The notes beneath the pieces were generated by a model. That model made no database searches and was not told the origin of the DNA. It saw only the letters and a program-made list of their open reading frames with translations. A program made the translations under genes and the position numbers. Shown here one piece after another: positions 1-9,370 of a DNA stretch of 64,000 bases. The DNA comes from an uncultured Gemmatimonadales bacterium (GTDB lineage: Bacteria > Gemmatimonadota > Gemmatimonadetes > Gemmatimonadales > GWC2-71-9), in NCBI GenBank assembly GCA_963779755.1, contig CAVZZO010000003.1, positions 768,001 through 832,000 of the forward strand, in the 5' to 3' direction. Within the stretch, counting starts at the first letter, position 1. Every line of letters begins with the position of its first letter.

Positions 1-1
1 G

Positions 2-454
2 GACGATGACATCACCCACCCCATCCCCGATCTGACCGGCTACATCACCGAAGGGCAGATCGTGCTGAGCCGGGACCTGCACCGGCGCGGGATCTACCCG
101 CCTATCGATGTCATGCCCTCACTCTCCCGCCTGATGAACGCCGGGACCGGCGCGGGGCGCACGGTGGCGGAGCACCGGAAATGGGCCGACCAGCTCTATG
201 CCAGCTACGCCCAGGGGCGCGAAGCGCGCCTCATGTCGGCCATCGTGGGCGAGGCGGGGCTGGGGCCGGCCGACCGGCGCGCCCTGGCCTTCGCCGATCG
301 ATTCGAAGCCGAATTCGTGGGCCAGGGACCGAAGCGGCGCACCCTGGAGGAAACGCTGGCCATGGGATGGGCGCTGCTGGAAACCCTGCCCCGGGAGGAT
401 CTCAGCCGGATTCCGGACGACGTCTGGGCAGCCCGGCAGGCAGGGGCGCCATGA
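2..454 (+). CDS. ntpB: V/A-type ATP synthase subunit B, C-terminal part (5' truncated by window)
   Basis: Frame from position 2 reads [24 protein letters not shown]...[15 protein letters not shown], hallmark subunit B motifs. Confidence 0.95.
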   Translation, partial: DDDITHPIPDLTGYITEGQIVLSRDLHRRGIYPPIDVMPSLSRLMNAGTGAGRTVAEHRKWADQLYASYAQGREARLMSAIVGEAGLGPADRRALAFADRFEAEFVGQGPKRRTLEETLAMGWALLETLPREDLSRIPDDVWAARQAGAP

Positions 455-1215
455 GCAGCGCCCTGGGACCCTTGGCGCCTACCCGGCAGAACCTGCTGCG
501 GGGCGAACGGTGGCGCGCCCGCCTGTCCAAAGGGACGGACCTGCTGCGGCACAAGCGGGAGACCCTGGTAACGGAGCTGTTCCAGCTGGCCCGGCCGGCC
601 ACCGATGCGCGAGCCGGCATCGCCACTGTCGCGGCGGAGGCCTATCCGGCGCTGCTGGGCGCCATGAGCGCCGGGAGCCGCGCCGGACTTCGTGGCGTGA
701 GCTGGCCATTTCGAGACATCGAGGTGGACCTGCGGGTGGGACAGGTCTGGGGGGTGCCGGTGACGGACATCGTCCAACGCCCCCGCATGCGGCGTACGCC
801 GGCCGCCCGGGATGCGGCGCCCGGCCTGGTCGGCCCCGCTGCAGCGGTGGCGGCGAGCGCCTTCGAGAGGCTGGCTGACCTGCTGCTGGAGGCAGCCCCG
901 CGGGAGATGCTGCTCCAGCGGCTGGGGCAGGCGCTGGCAGCCACGTCCCGCCAGGTGAACTCGCTGGAGTATCGCATTACGCCTGCGCTGGTGGCCCGTC
1001 TCGGCAAGATGCGGCGGATGCTGGATGAGCGGGAACGGGAGGAGAAGGTGCGGCTGGCGCGGCTGCTCCATCAGCGTGCTCGGCGGGCGAAAGCATGTGA
1101 CGAATCTCACAAGCAATCGGCTGGGGCCTCCCAAGGGACTGTCGGCAAAGCCGTTACCGGGCAGCAAGTTATAAAATCACCGCAAGAAAAGATGAAGAAA
1201 AAGCAAAGAACGTAA
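451..1215 (+). CDS. ntpD: V/A-type ATP synthase subunit D
   Basis: ATGA overlap with subunit B; PTRQNLL...[12 protein letters not shown]...[10 protein letters not shown]...LDEREREE; about 45 aa low-complexity tail runs into the next promoter region. Confidence 0.9.
   Translation: MSSALGPLAPTRQNLLRGERWRARLSKGTDLLRHKRETLVTELFQLARPATDARAGIATVAAEAYPALLGAMSAGSRAGLRGVSWPFRDIEVDLRVGQVWGVPVTDIVQRPRMRRTPAARDAAPGLVGPAAAVAASAFERLADLLLEAAPREMLLQRLGQALAATSRQVNSLEYRITPALVARLGKMRRMLDEREREEKVRLARLLHQRARRAKACDESHKQSAGASQGTVGKAVTGQQVIKSPQEKMKKKQRT
1096..1111. promoter_or_regulatory. CRP/FNR-family (or Rex-like) binding site
   Basis: Perfect TGTGA-cgaatc-TCACA palindrome in an AT-richer stretch about 230 bp upstream of the cytochrome operon. 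Confidence 0.6.
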
Positions 1216-1244
1216 CAATCGCTGCGTATAAACCCGGATGGACA

Positions 1245-1272
1245 TTGCGCAGATGTGCGGATGGGCTAGAAT
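1245..1272 (+). promoter_or_regulatory. Possible sigma70 promoter of cytochrome operon
   Basis: TTGCGC-16 nt-TAGAAT upstream of ATGs at 1328/1346. Confidence 0.35.
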
Positions 1273-1345
1273 AGTCCTCGTATCTGAAGGCGTGGGTTGT
1301 TTGAACTCCAGACCAGGTAAAACCTCTATGCTGCCTCGAGCCACC

Positions 1346-2932
1346 ATGAATCGACTCCTCCTGGGTCTTGCCATAGTGGGGCTCTTCGTGCTCGCCGGCT
1401 GTACCAACGACAAGATCGTCTATCGTGACCGGCCGCCGTTCAATCCGCCGCCCGATGCGTCCAGCGGGTTCCTCGGCTACTTCACCGTGAGCTCCAAGCA
1501 GACCACCTGCGGCAACTGCCACGTGGGCGTCCAGGCCTCCTGGGAGAACACCAAGCACGCGGAAGCGTGGGCGGATCTCCAAGCCTCCGGCCATGCCCAG
1601 AGCTACTGCGAACCCTGCCATACTGTCAGCAGCTACGGCAATCTCGCCACGGGTCCCGCCGGCTATGAGCAGGTCGCCGACAGTGCCTATCACGATGTAC
1701 AGTGCGAGAGCTGCCACGGTCCCGGCTTCACCCACGTGCAGGCTCCCACGGCGGCCAACGAACCGCTGGCCTCCATCCAGGCCGATACCGGCCTGCTGGT
1801 CGGCTGTGGTGCCTGCCACACCGGCGTGCATGAGCCGTTCGTGGATCAGTGGGTGCAGTCGGCTCACGGCTCCGGCTCGGCGCTGAGCCATGCCGGCGGC
1901 AACGCCTCCTGCGCCCCCTGCCACGAAGGCAAGGCGGCCATGGAAGTGAAGTTTGGCGTGACCGGCAACTTCCTGGAGAAGGACAGCACGACGCTCTATC
2001 ACATCGTCTGCGTCGTCTGCCACGATCCGCACGGCAGCCCCAACACCGGGCAGCTGCGCGCTTCCATCTCGGAGCCGACCACCGACAATCTCTGCATTAC
2101 CTGCCACAGCCGCTCAGGCGTTCCGCCCTGGGGCACCGCGGCGGCGGGCGGGACCGCGCGAGGCGCGCACGGCGCCCAGGGACTCCTGGTGCTGGGCCAG
2201 AACGTGGGCTGGATTCCGCCCGGGTTCACCTACGATACCAACAGCATCGTGAGCAGCCACGGCACGGCGGCCAATCCGAAGCTCTGCGCGACCTGCCACG
2301 TCGCCCAGACGACGATTACCGACCCGGCGACCGGCGCCTTCGTTCTGCAGAGCGTCGGCCACCTGTTCGACGCGATTCCCTGCACCGATTCGACGGGCGT
2401 GCCGAACGCCGACCAGAGCTGCCTGCTGGCGGAGCGCGATTTCAGCGCCTGCGCCACCTCGGGCTGCCACCTGAACCAGCAGGCCGCCCGGTCCGCCTAC
2501 ATCGCGGTCGAGGGCCGGATGGACAACCTGCTCGACCAGATCTGGCTGGATAGCGACAGCAACGGCGTCATCGACGCGACCGACGGCGGCCTCATCCCGC
2601 AACTGCTGGCGCGGGGCACCGCGGCCGATTCGGCCGAGCTGGACTTCAGCAGCAACGTAACCACCGTGGCCAAGGGCACCCTGTTCAATGCCGCCCTGGC
2701 CGCCACCAACAGCCGCCCGCAGTTCCTGAGCGGCCAGGTGCTGGGCGTCACCTTCGCGACGCACATGGCCAGCGGCAACGGTGTGCACAATCCCTTCCTG
2801 CTGGAGGCGTTGCTGACGTCCTCCATCAGCGCGCTGCACTCGACCTACGGGTTGACGCCGCCCGCACCGCTGGACCTGCAGGTGAAGGCGATCCGGCCTC
2901 CCGGTGTCCGGGTCCGGGTTAGCGCGAGATAG
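1346..2932 (+). CDS. Multiheme c-type cytochrome lipoprotein (8 CxxCH + 1 CxxxxCH)
   Basis: Lipobox signal MNRLLLGLAIVGLFVLAG-C; CGNCH, CEPCH, CESCH, CGACH, CAPCH, CVVCH, CITCH, CATCH, CATSGCH; C-terminal SGNGVHNP; alternative start 1328. Confidence 0.92.
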   Translation: MNRLLLGLAIVGLFVLAGCTNDKIVYRDRPPFNPPPDASSGFLGYFTVSSKQTTCGNCHVGVQASWENTKHAEAWADLQASGHAQSYCEPCHTVSSYGNLATGPAGYEQVADSAYHDVQCESCHGPGFTHVQAPTAANEPLASIQADTGLLVGCGACHTGVHEPFVDQWVQSAHGSGSALSHAGGNASCAPCHEGKAAMEVKFGVTGNFLEKDSTTLYHIVCVVCHDPHGSPNTGQLRASISEPTTDNLCITCHSRSGVPPWGTAAAGGTARGAHGAQGLLVLGQNVGWIPPGFTYDTNSIVSSHGTAANPKLCATCHVAQTTITDPATGAFVLQSVGHLFDAIPCTDSTGVPNADQSCLLAERDFSACATSGCHLNQQAARSAYIAVEGRMDNLLDQIWLDSDSNGVIDATDGGLIPQLLARGTAADSAELDFSSNVTTVAKGTLFNAALAATNSRPQFLSGQVLGVTFATHMASGNGVHNPFLLEALLTSSISALHSTYGLTPPAPLDLQVKAIRPPGVRVRVSAR

Positions 2933-3064
2933 TCCGGTAGTACCCTCGGTCTGGGCGGGGCCGGTCCCGGTAGCTCGGGGCCGGTCCCGCAGGCCGAAAC
3001 ACCCCCAGTGACCCCGGCGCGGCTGCCGGCACCCACTCGCAACCCGCGGTCCCGGAGTGTGCGC

Positions 3065-3526
3065 ATGAACCCCTCGATGCCGGGTGCTGAGACTACCCGC
3101 TGGCAGCCCGGCTTCAACGAGTACATCATGGGCGGCATCGGGCTGCTCTTCTTTCTCGGCATCGTCATCGTCGGCATCGTCTATCTCTTTCCCCCGGCGC
3201 ACCTGCAGCTTTCGGAGCTGCAGCCCGCCTATCGGGTCACGGCCGAAAGCAACTTCCCCGTCAAGGCCAGCCGGGTGGTGAACTGGGGCGACGAGATCAT
3301 CCTGGTGGTGCGGACCGACGAGCAGGCCTTCGTCGCGCTGCAGGGGGTGGCCCCCAGCGACGGCTGTATCCTCCGCTGGGACCCGACCTCTCTGCGGGTG
3401 CTCTCCCCCTGCAGTTACCTGGTGTACGATCTGCACGGCAACGTGGTGCGGGGCCTGACGACCGTGCCCCTCCGGCGGTACGCCGTCTTCGTACGCGACG
3501 GCGTCGTCTACGTAGCGAGGTCCTAG
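3065..3526 (+). CDS. Membrane-anchored Rieske-fold protein lacking [2Fe-2S] ligands
   Basis: N-terminal TM helix; Rieske scaffold ALQGV-APSDGC-ILRW...VL-SPCSYL-VYDLHGNVVRG...PLRRY; immediately precedes cytochrome b. Confidence 0.8.
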   Translation: MNPSMPGAETTRWQPGFNEYIMGGIGLLFFLGIVIVGIVYLFPPAHLQLSELQPAYRVTAESNFPVKASRVVNWGDEIILVVRTDEQAFVALQGVAPSDGCILRWDPTSLRVLSPCSYLVYDLHGNVVRGLTTVPLRRYAVFVRDGVVYVARS

Positions 3527-4816
3527 ATGACGGCAGAGGACAAGGGCGGATTCCGCGGCTGGTGGGCCCGGTTCCGGGACGACCTCAAGGCCAGCACCGA
3601 CGCCAGCCTGCTGGGACTGCTGCGGTTCCTGGGCATCCTCTACGGGCCCATCGACACCCGGCTCCCCATCGACCAGGCCTTCAGGAAGGCGCTGCGCAAC
3701 CGCATATCCCGCTATGCCGGCTGGCGCCAGGCCTTCGGCGGGATCACCTATCTGCTGTTCATCATTCTGGTGGTCACGGGCGTCCTGCTGTCCTTCTACT
3801 ACCGGCCCTCGGCCGAAGAAGCCTATCCCAGCATGCAGCACATCGTCTCCGGTGTGCACTTCGGCTGGCTCATGCGGGACCTGCACGTCTGGGGCGCCAA
3901 CCTGGTGGTCCTCGGGGCCCTGGTTCACATGGGCCGGGTCTTCTTCAGCGCGGCCTACAAGCCGCCGCGGGAAACCAACTGGCTGATCGGCGTCCTGCTG
4001 CTCTTCCTCATCTTCGCCTTCGGCGCGACCGGTTACCTGCTGCCCTGGGACCAGGGCGCATACTGGACGGTGACCGAAGGCCTCGGCGTGGTGAGCCGGA
4101 TTCCGCTGCTGGGCGGCAGCGTGACGGAAATCCTGCGGGGTGATCCCATCGTCTCGGGCGCCACCCTGAGCCGGTTCTTCGCGCTGCATGTCATTGTGCT
4201 GCCCTGGATCGCTCTGGCCCTCCTGGTGCTGCATTTCACGCTGGCCCGCAAGCACGGTGTCGCCCCGCCACCCGATGTCGTCGGCGAGTCGACCCCCGTG
4301 CGCGACGGCCCGCCCTTCTGGCCGCACTACGCCATCCGCTCGCTCATTGTCGCCGTGCTGGTGGTGGCTCTGGTCACCACGGTGGCGATCCTGCTGCCGC
4401 GGCCTACCGGCGCGGCCGCTGATCCGGGACAGCCGCCCAATTACCTCCTGTCGACCTGGATCGTGGCCGACGTCTCCCGGGCGCTGATCTACTATCTCGG
4501 TTCCTGGGGCATGGGCCTGTTCGTCCTGCTCGGGCTGGCGCTGGTCCTGCTGCCGCTGTTCGACCGGACGCCGGAGCGTCGCCTGCGCCGCCGCCCCGCC
4601 GTCGCGGCGCTGGGGATCGTGTTCTTCCTGTCCTTCGCCCTGGCCTGGGCCGCCGGGTGGCGGCTGCGCACCGTCCCGGTGGCCACGTCGGGTGAGCTGA
4701 CGCCCTTCACCACTCCGGTGGATACCGTGCCCGGCAAGCCGCTGCCCACCTTGAACCCCGAAGCCCCGCCCATGCCCGCCACCGATTCGCTGAACCGGGG
4801 AGGGCAGCAGCCATGA
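3527..4816 (+). CDS. Cytochrome b of bc/b6f type (b6 + subunit IV-like fused)
   Basis: Four heme b His (RDLHVW...LVHMGR; FFALHV...VLHF), YKPPRETNW, TGYLLPWDQGAYW; PEWY motif replaced by LSTW. Confidence 0.93.
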   Translation: MTAEDKGGFRGWWARFRDDLKASTDASLLGLLRFLGILYGPIDTRLPIDQAFRKALRNRISRYAGWRQAFGGITYLLFIILVVTGVLLSFYYRPSAEEAYPSMQHIVSGVHFGWLMRDLHVWGANLVVLGALVHMGRVFFSAAYKPPRETNWLIGVLLLFLIFAFGATGYLLPWDQGAYWTVTEGLGVVSRIPLLGGSVTEILRGDPIVSGATLSRFFALHVIVLPWIALALLVLHFTLARKHGVAPPPDVVGESTPVRDGPPFWPHYAIRSLIVAVLVVALVTTVAILLPRPTGAAADPGQPPNYLLSTWIVADVSRALIYYLGSWGMGLFVLLGLALVLLPLFDRTPERRLRRRPAVAALGIVFFLSFALAWAAGWRLRTVPVATSGELTPFTTPVDTVPGKPLPTLNPEAPPMPATDSLNRGGQQP

Positions 4817-6066
4817 CCGGCATGACACGACTCGCCCTGGTTTTCGGCGTCCTCCTGGCCCTCGCGCCGGCCGCGGCCGCGCAGTCGCCGCTGCGCGGCG
4901 GGATGCCGCCGGCCGACACGGTGAATAACTGCCTGCTCTGCCACGCGGAGCAGCGGCAGGCGGCCGAGGAAGGGGTCCATTCGGAGCACGGCATCCGGTG
5001 CATCACCTGTCATGGGGGCGACGCCACGGCCCGGGTGCTGCCCGCCGCCCACCAGGGTCGCTTCCGGGGCAAACTGGACAAGGTCCAGACCGCGCAGTTG
5101 TGCGGCTCCTGCCATTCGGATCCGGACAAGATGCGGGAATTCGCGCTGCCCACCGGGCAGCTGGCGGAGTTCCGGACCAGCAAACACGGGCAGCTGCTCT
5201 TCGGCGCCCATGACGGCAACGCCCCGACCTGCACCGATTGCCACGGCACCCACATCATCTACCCGCCGGATGATGCCCGGAGCCACGTCTACCCGACCAA
5301 CATCCCCGGCACCTGCGCGCACTGCCATTCGGACGACAAGCTGATGGCGAAGTACAAGCTGAAGACGGGGCAGTTCGAAGCGTTCCGGAGCAGCGCGCAC
5401 GGCAAGGCCCTCTACCAGCAGCAGAACTTCGCCTCGCCGACCTGCGTCGGTTGCCACGGGGCGCACTCGGCTCTGCCGCCGACGGTGACCGAGATCGCCA
5501 ACGTCTGCGCCCGCTGCCACGCCCTGGTGGGGCAGGCCTTTGCCTCGGGTCCGCACGGCGCCGCGGCGCGGGCCGGCCGGATCGACGGATGTCTGGCCTG
5601 CCACAGCAATCACGGTACCGAGGGCGTGCCGGTGGATTCGATCAGCGCCACCTGCGACAAGTGCCATGCGTCCGACACTCGCCTGCACCAGATGGGGGTG
5701 GACCTGCAGCGACGGCTGACCCAGGTCTCGGCGGACATGGAGTCCGCCAGGCGGGCCATCGCCGAGCTGCAGGTGGCGGGGGAGCGGGTGGGTGACTACC
5801 GCTTCCGCTACCAGAGCGCGCTCACCTCCTACCTGGAAGTGGGCCAGGTCCAGCACAGCCTGGACTTCACCCGGCTGGACGATCTGGAACGGAAGGTCCG
5901 GTCCATCTCGGTGGATCTCGGAGCCGCCGCGGAGGTCAACAGCGAGCAGCACTGGGAGCGGAAGCTGCTGCTGCTGCCGGTCTGGTTCCTGGCGCTGTCG
6001 GCCGCGCTGCTCGGCTGGCTGGCGTTGCGGGCGCTCAAACGGGCGGGCGGGGATCGGGAGGTCTGA
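4813..6066 (+). CDS. Periplasmic 9-heme cytochrome c with C-terminal membrane anchor
   Basis: Signal peptide, 9 CxxCH, helical region, C-terminal TM helix. Confidence 0.92.
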   Translation: MTGMTRLALVFGVLLALAPAAAAQSPLRGGMPPADTVNNCLLCHAEQRQAAEEGVHSEHGIRCITCHGGDATARVLPAAHQGRFRGKLDKVQTAQLCGSCHSDPDKMREFALPTGQLAEFRTSKHGQLLFGAHDGNAPTCTDCHGTHIIYPPDDARSHVYPTNIPGTCAHCHSDDKLMAKYKLKTGQFEAFRSSAHGKALYQQQNFASPTCVGCHGAHSALPPTVTEIANVCARCHALVGQAFASGPHGAAARAGRIDGCLACHSNHGTEGVPVDSISATCDKCHASDTRLHQMGVDLQRRLTQVSADMESARRAIAELQVAGERVGDYRFRYQSALTSYLEVGQVQHSLDFTRLDDLERKVRSISVDLGAAAEVNSEQHWERKLLLLPVWFLALSAALLGWLALRALKRAGGDREV

Positions 6067-6069
6067 CCC

Positions 6070-8082
6070 ATGGCATCCCGGCCCGACCGGCGCTGGTCGC
6101 GGTTTCTCCGCATCCTGATCCCCGTCGTGATTCTCGCGATCACGCTCGGGGCCGTCGGCACTGTCGGCTTTGTGCAGCTCTCAAGCCAGCCCGGCTTCTG
6201 CAAGAGTTGCCACATCATGAAGCCGTACTACCAGTCCTGGACCACCTCCACCCACCGCGACGTGCCCTGCATCGAGTGCCATATCGCGCCGGGCATCAAG
6301 GCCGAGGCGATGACCAAGGTCCAAGCGGCGAACATGGTGGTGAAATACTTCACCGGCGCGTACGGCACCCGCCCCTGGGCGGAGATCGACGATGCGGCCT
6401 GCCTGCGCTCCGGCTGCCATTCGGAGCGGCTGATCGAGGGCGAGGTGGACTTCAAGGGCGTCCGCTTCGACCACACCAAGCATCTGGGCGAGCTGCGGCG
6501 CGGCATCCAGCTGCGCTGCACCAGCTGCCACTCGCAGATCGTCCAGGGGACCCACATCGCGGTTACCGAGGGCACCTGCTTCCTCTGCCACTTCAAGGAC
6601 CGGCCCCAGGGCAGCCCGGTGGCCGGCTGTCTCGGCTGCCATCCGTCGCCGCCCCGGGTCACCTCGAAGGAAGGCTACGTCATCGACCACTCCCAGTACG
6701 TCAAGGACCGGGTCGACTGCCTCTCCTGCCACAACCAGGTCACGCACGGCACCGGGGACGCCGACCAGGCGCGCTGCGTCAGCTGCCACAACGAGCCCGC
6801 GCGTCTGGCCGAATTCAAGAACCCGACCCTGCTGCACCAGGTGCACGTCGCCGACCACCACGTGGCCTGCATCCAGTGCCACACCCCGGTGGAGCACCGG
6901 GTCGTCTCGCTGACCACCGACATTCAGCTGGACTGCGCCAGTTGCCACAAGGAAGTCCACCGCGACCAGCAGCGCCTGCTGGCGGGGGTGGGCGGCCACG
7001 GCACGCCGGTTACTCCCAGCTCGATGTACCTGGCCCGGGTTTCCTGCGTGGCCTGCCACGACGAAGCGAAGAAGCTCCCGGCACACGACACGGTCAAGGT
7101 GGCCGGCGAGGCCTCCTGCCTCTCCTGCCACGGCATCCGCTTCGCCAACGTGCTGCCCCGCTGGGAGCAGGAGATGCAGCGCAAGGTCCGGCTGGTGGAG
7201 CCGGTGGTGAACGCCGCGCGGCAGGCGGCCACCGCCATGCCCATGCGGCGGCGCGCCGAGGCCGACAGCCTGGTGGGCCTGGCGCAGGAGAACCTGGAAT
7301 TCGTGCGGGAGGGCAAGGGTGCCCACAATATCGTCTACGCCGACCGGCTGCTGCGGGCCGCGCTCGATCTCATCCGGCAGGCCTCCCGAGCCGGGCTGCC
7401 CTACCGCGCGCCCGCGGTCAACCTGGGGCCGCCGGTGAGCGAGAACCAGTGCCTCCAGTGCCATCTCGGCATCGAGCAGCAGGCGGGGACCTTCCAGGGC
7501 GTGGCTTTCAATCATACGGCGCACGTGCTGGGCGGCGGGCTGGAATGCACCACCTGCCACACCTCGTTCGCCAACCACGGCGGGACGACCCTCCAGTCGC
7601 CGACCGCGTGCAACAGCTGCCATCACCCGCTGATCGCACAGCGCAACTGCGCCACGTGTCACGCCGGGCAAGGCGGCGCCCCGGCGCGCACCTTTGCGCT
7701 GCCGGCGGGCAACTTCTCGCACCCCGAGCATGTGGCGGCCAACCTGGCGTGCTCCGCCTGCCACACCGCGCCGGTCATGAATGCGCGGGACCTGCAGTGC
7801 GACAACTGCCACGAGAACCACCACCAGCCCACGATGGACTGCCTCAGCTGCCACCGGGGCGGAGCGCTGGCCAAGCACAAACGGGACAACCACGTCGCCT
7901 GCGTGCAGTGCCACACGAGCGTACCCGATATCGACCGCTGGACGCGGCCGGTGTGCACCTCGTGTCACGCGGAGCAGGTGAATCACTACCCCGGGCGGGC
8001 CTGCGAGGTCTGTCACAAGGTCCCGCCCATGGGTCACGCGCGCCAGGCGGCACCTCCGAAGCCGCCGGCGGCCGGTTCCTAG
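6070..8082 (+). CDS. NapC/NirT-like membrane-anchored large multiheme cytochrome (21 CxxCH + 1 CxxxxCH)
   Basis: N-terminal TM then PGFCKSCHIMKPYYQSW..STH..VPCIECH (NapC/NirT-type start); 21 CxxCH plus CLRSGCH. Confidence 0.92.
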   Translation: MASRPDRRWSRFLRILIPVVILAITLGAVGTVGFVQLSSQPGFCKSCHIMKPYYQSWTTSTHRDVPCIECHIAPGIKAEAMTKVQAANMVVKYFTGAYGTRPWAEIDDAACLRSGCHSERLIEGEVDFKGVRFDHTKHLGELRRGIQLRCTSCHSQIVQGTHIAVTEGTCFLCHFKDRPQGSPVAGCLGCHPSPPRVTSKEGYVIDHSQYVKDRVDCLSCHNQVTHGTGDADQARCVSCHNEPARLAEFKNPTLLHQVHVADHHVACIQCHTPVEHRVVSLTTDIQLDCASCHKEVHRDQQRLLAGVGGHGTPVTPSSMYLARVSCVACHDEAKKLPAHDTVKVAGEASCLSCHGIRFANVLPRWEQEMQRKVRLVEPVVNAARQAATAMPMRRRAEADSLVGLAQENLEFVREGKGAHNIVYADRLLRAALDLIRQASRAGLPYRAPAVNLGPPVSENQCLQCHLGIEQQAGTFQGVAFNHTAHVLGGGLECTTCHTSFANHGGTTLQSPTACNSCHHPLIAQRNCATCHAGQGGAPARTFALPAGNFSHPEHVAANLACSACHTAPVMNARDLQCDNCHENHHQPTMDCLSCHRGGALAKHKRDNHVACVQCHTSVPDIDRWTRPVCTSCHAEQVNHYPGRACEVCHKVPPMGHARQAAPPKPPAAGS

Positions 8083-8095
8083 CAGGAGGAGCGTC

Positions 8096-9370
8096 ATGCG
8101 CACGATGATCCGCGTCGCCTGGATCCTGGGTGCGCTCGCCGCCGGCGCGGCGGGCGCCCGGCCGGTGTCGGCCCAGGAAGCCCAGCTCGTGGAATGCGCA
8201 AAGTGCCACACCAACCGTGACTTCCTCGCCAGCAACGCGACGAAGCCGGGCCAGGATACCCTGCTCTACGTGTCGCCCCACGCCCTGGACAGCACGGTGC
8301 ACCGGAGCCTGCGCTGTGTGGATTGCCACCGGGGCTACGGTGAGGGCTATCCCCACCGCGCCGACATGGTCGCGGTGCCCTGCCAGACCTGTCATGAGCC
8401 GCAGGGGCACGACTGGGACGCGTCGATCCATGCCACCAACGCCGAGACCCGCGGCGACGCACCCACCTGCGTGGGCTGCCACGGGTCGCACAAGATCTAC
8501 AGCGCGAGGGACCCGCGCTCGCCCACCTACAAGCTGAACGTCGCGGGCCTCTGCGGCCGCTGCCACAGCGACGCCAAGCTGATCGGTCGTTACTTCTCCG
8601 GCCCGGGCAAGGAAGCGGCCCGCGTCGCCGCGGTCGATTTCCCCAATAGCGTCCACGGCATCGCGCTCACCCGCGACGGGCTGGTGGTCTCGGCGACCTG
8701 CACCGACTGCCACACGGCCCACCGGGTGCTCCCCGCCGATTCGGCCAGCTCGACCGTCAGCCGGAAGAACATTCCAGCCACCTGCGGCAAGTGCCACGCC
8801 GGCGTGGTCGCGGTCTACGATTCCTCCGCCCATGGCCCGCTCTATCCCGAGCAGGCCGGCGTGGGGGGAGGGCACCCGCGCCCGGTGTGCATCGACTGCC
8901 ACTCGGCGCACGAGATCGTCCGGGCGGACCAGCCCGAATGGAAGTTCAGCACGGTGGCAAAGTGCGGGAACTGCCACGAAGAGCTGTACGAGACCTACTT
9001 CGAGACCTATCACGGCAAGGTCAGCCGGCTGGGCTCGGCGCTGGCCGCCAAGTGCAGCGACTGTCACACGCCCCACAACATGCGGCCGGCCAACGACCCG
9101 CAGTCGTCGGTGTTCGCCGGGAACCTGGTGGCGACCTGCGGCAAATGCCATGAGGGCTCCAGCGCCAACTTCGCGAAGTACTATGCCCATGGCGACCCCA
9201 CCAACCGGACGAAGTACCCGCTGCTCTACTGGCCCTACCTCCTGATGACGGGCCTGCTGGTGAGCGTGATGACCTTCTTCGGGATTCACAGCCTGCTGTG
9301 GCTGCTGCGCACGCTGATCGACCACCGCCGGAGAGCCGGCGCGGCGCCCGCCGGAGGGAGCGCCTCATGA
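8096..9370 (+). CDS. 11-heme cytochrome c with C-terminal TM (CbcL-like periplasmic half)
   Basis: Signal peptide; 11 CxxCH; TYHGK...AAKCSDCH; C-terminal TM ending FFGIHSLLW. Confidence 0.92.
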   Translation: MRTMIRVAWILGALAAGAAGARPVSAQEAQLVECAKCHTNRDFLASNATKPGQDTLLYVSPHALDSTVHRSLRCVDCHRGYGEGYPHRADMVAVPCQTCHEPQGHDWDASIHATNAETRGDAPTCVGCHGSHKIYSARDPRSPTYKLNVAGLCGRCHSDAKLIGRYFSGPGKEAARVAAVDFPNSVHGIALTRDGLVVSATCTDCHTAHRVLPADSASSTVSRKNIPATCGKCHAGVVAVYDSSAHGPLYPEQAGVGGGHPRPVCIDCHSAHEIVRADQPEWKFSTVAKCGNCHEELYETYFETYHGKVSRLGSALAAKCSDCHTPHNMRPANDPQSSVFAGNLVATCGKCHEGSSANFAKYYAHGDPTNRTKYPLLYWPYLLMTGLLVSVMTFFGIHSLLWLLRTLIDHRRRAGAAPAGGSAS

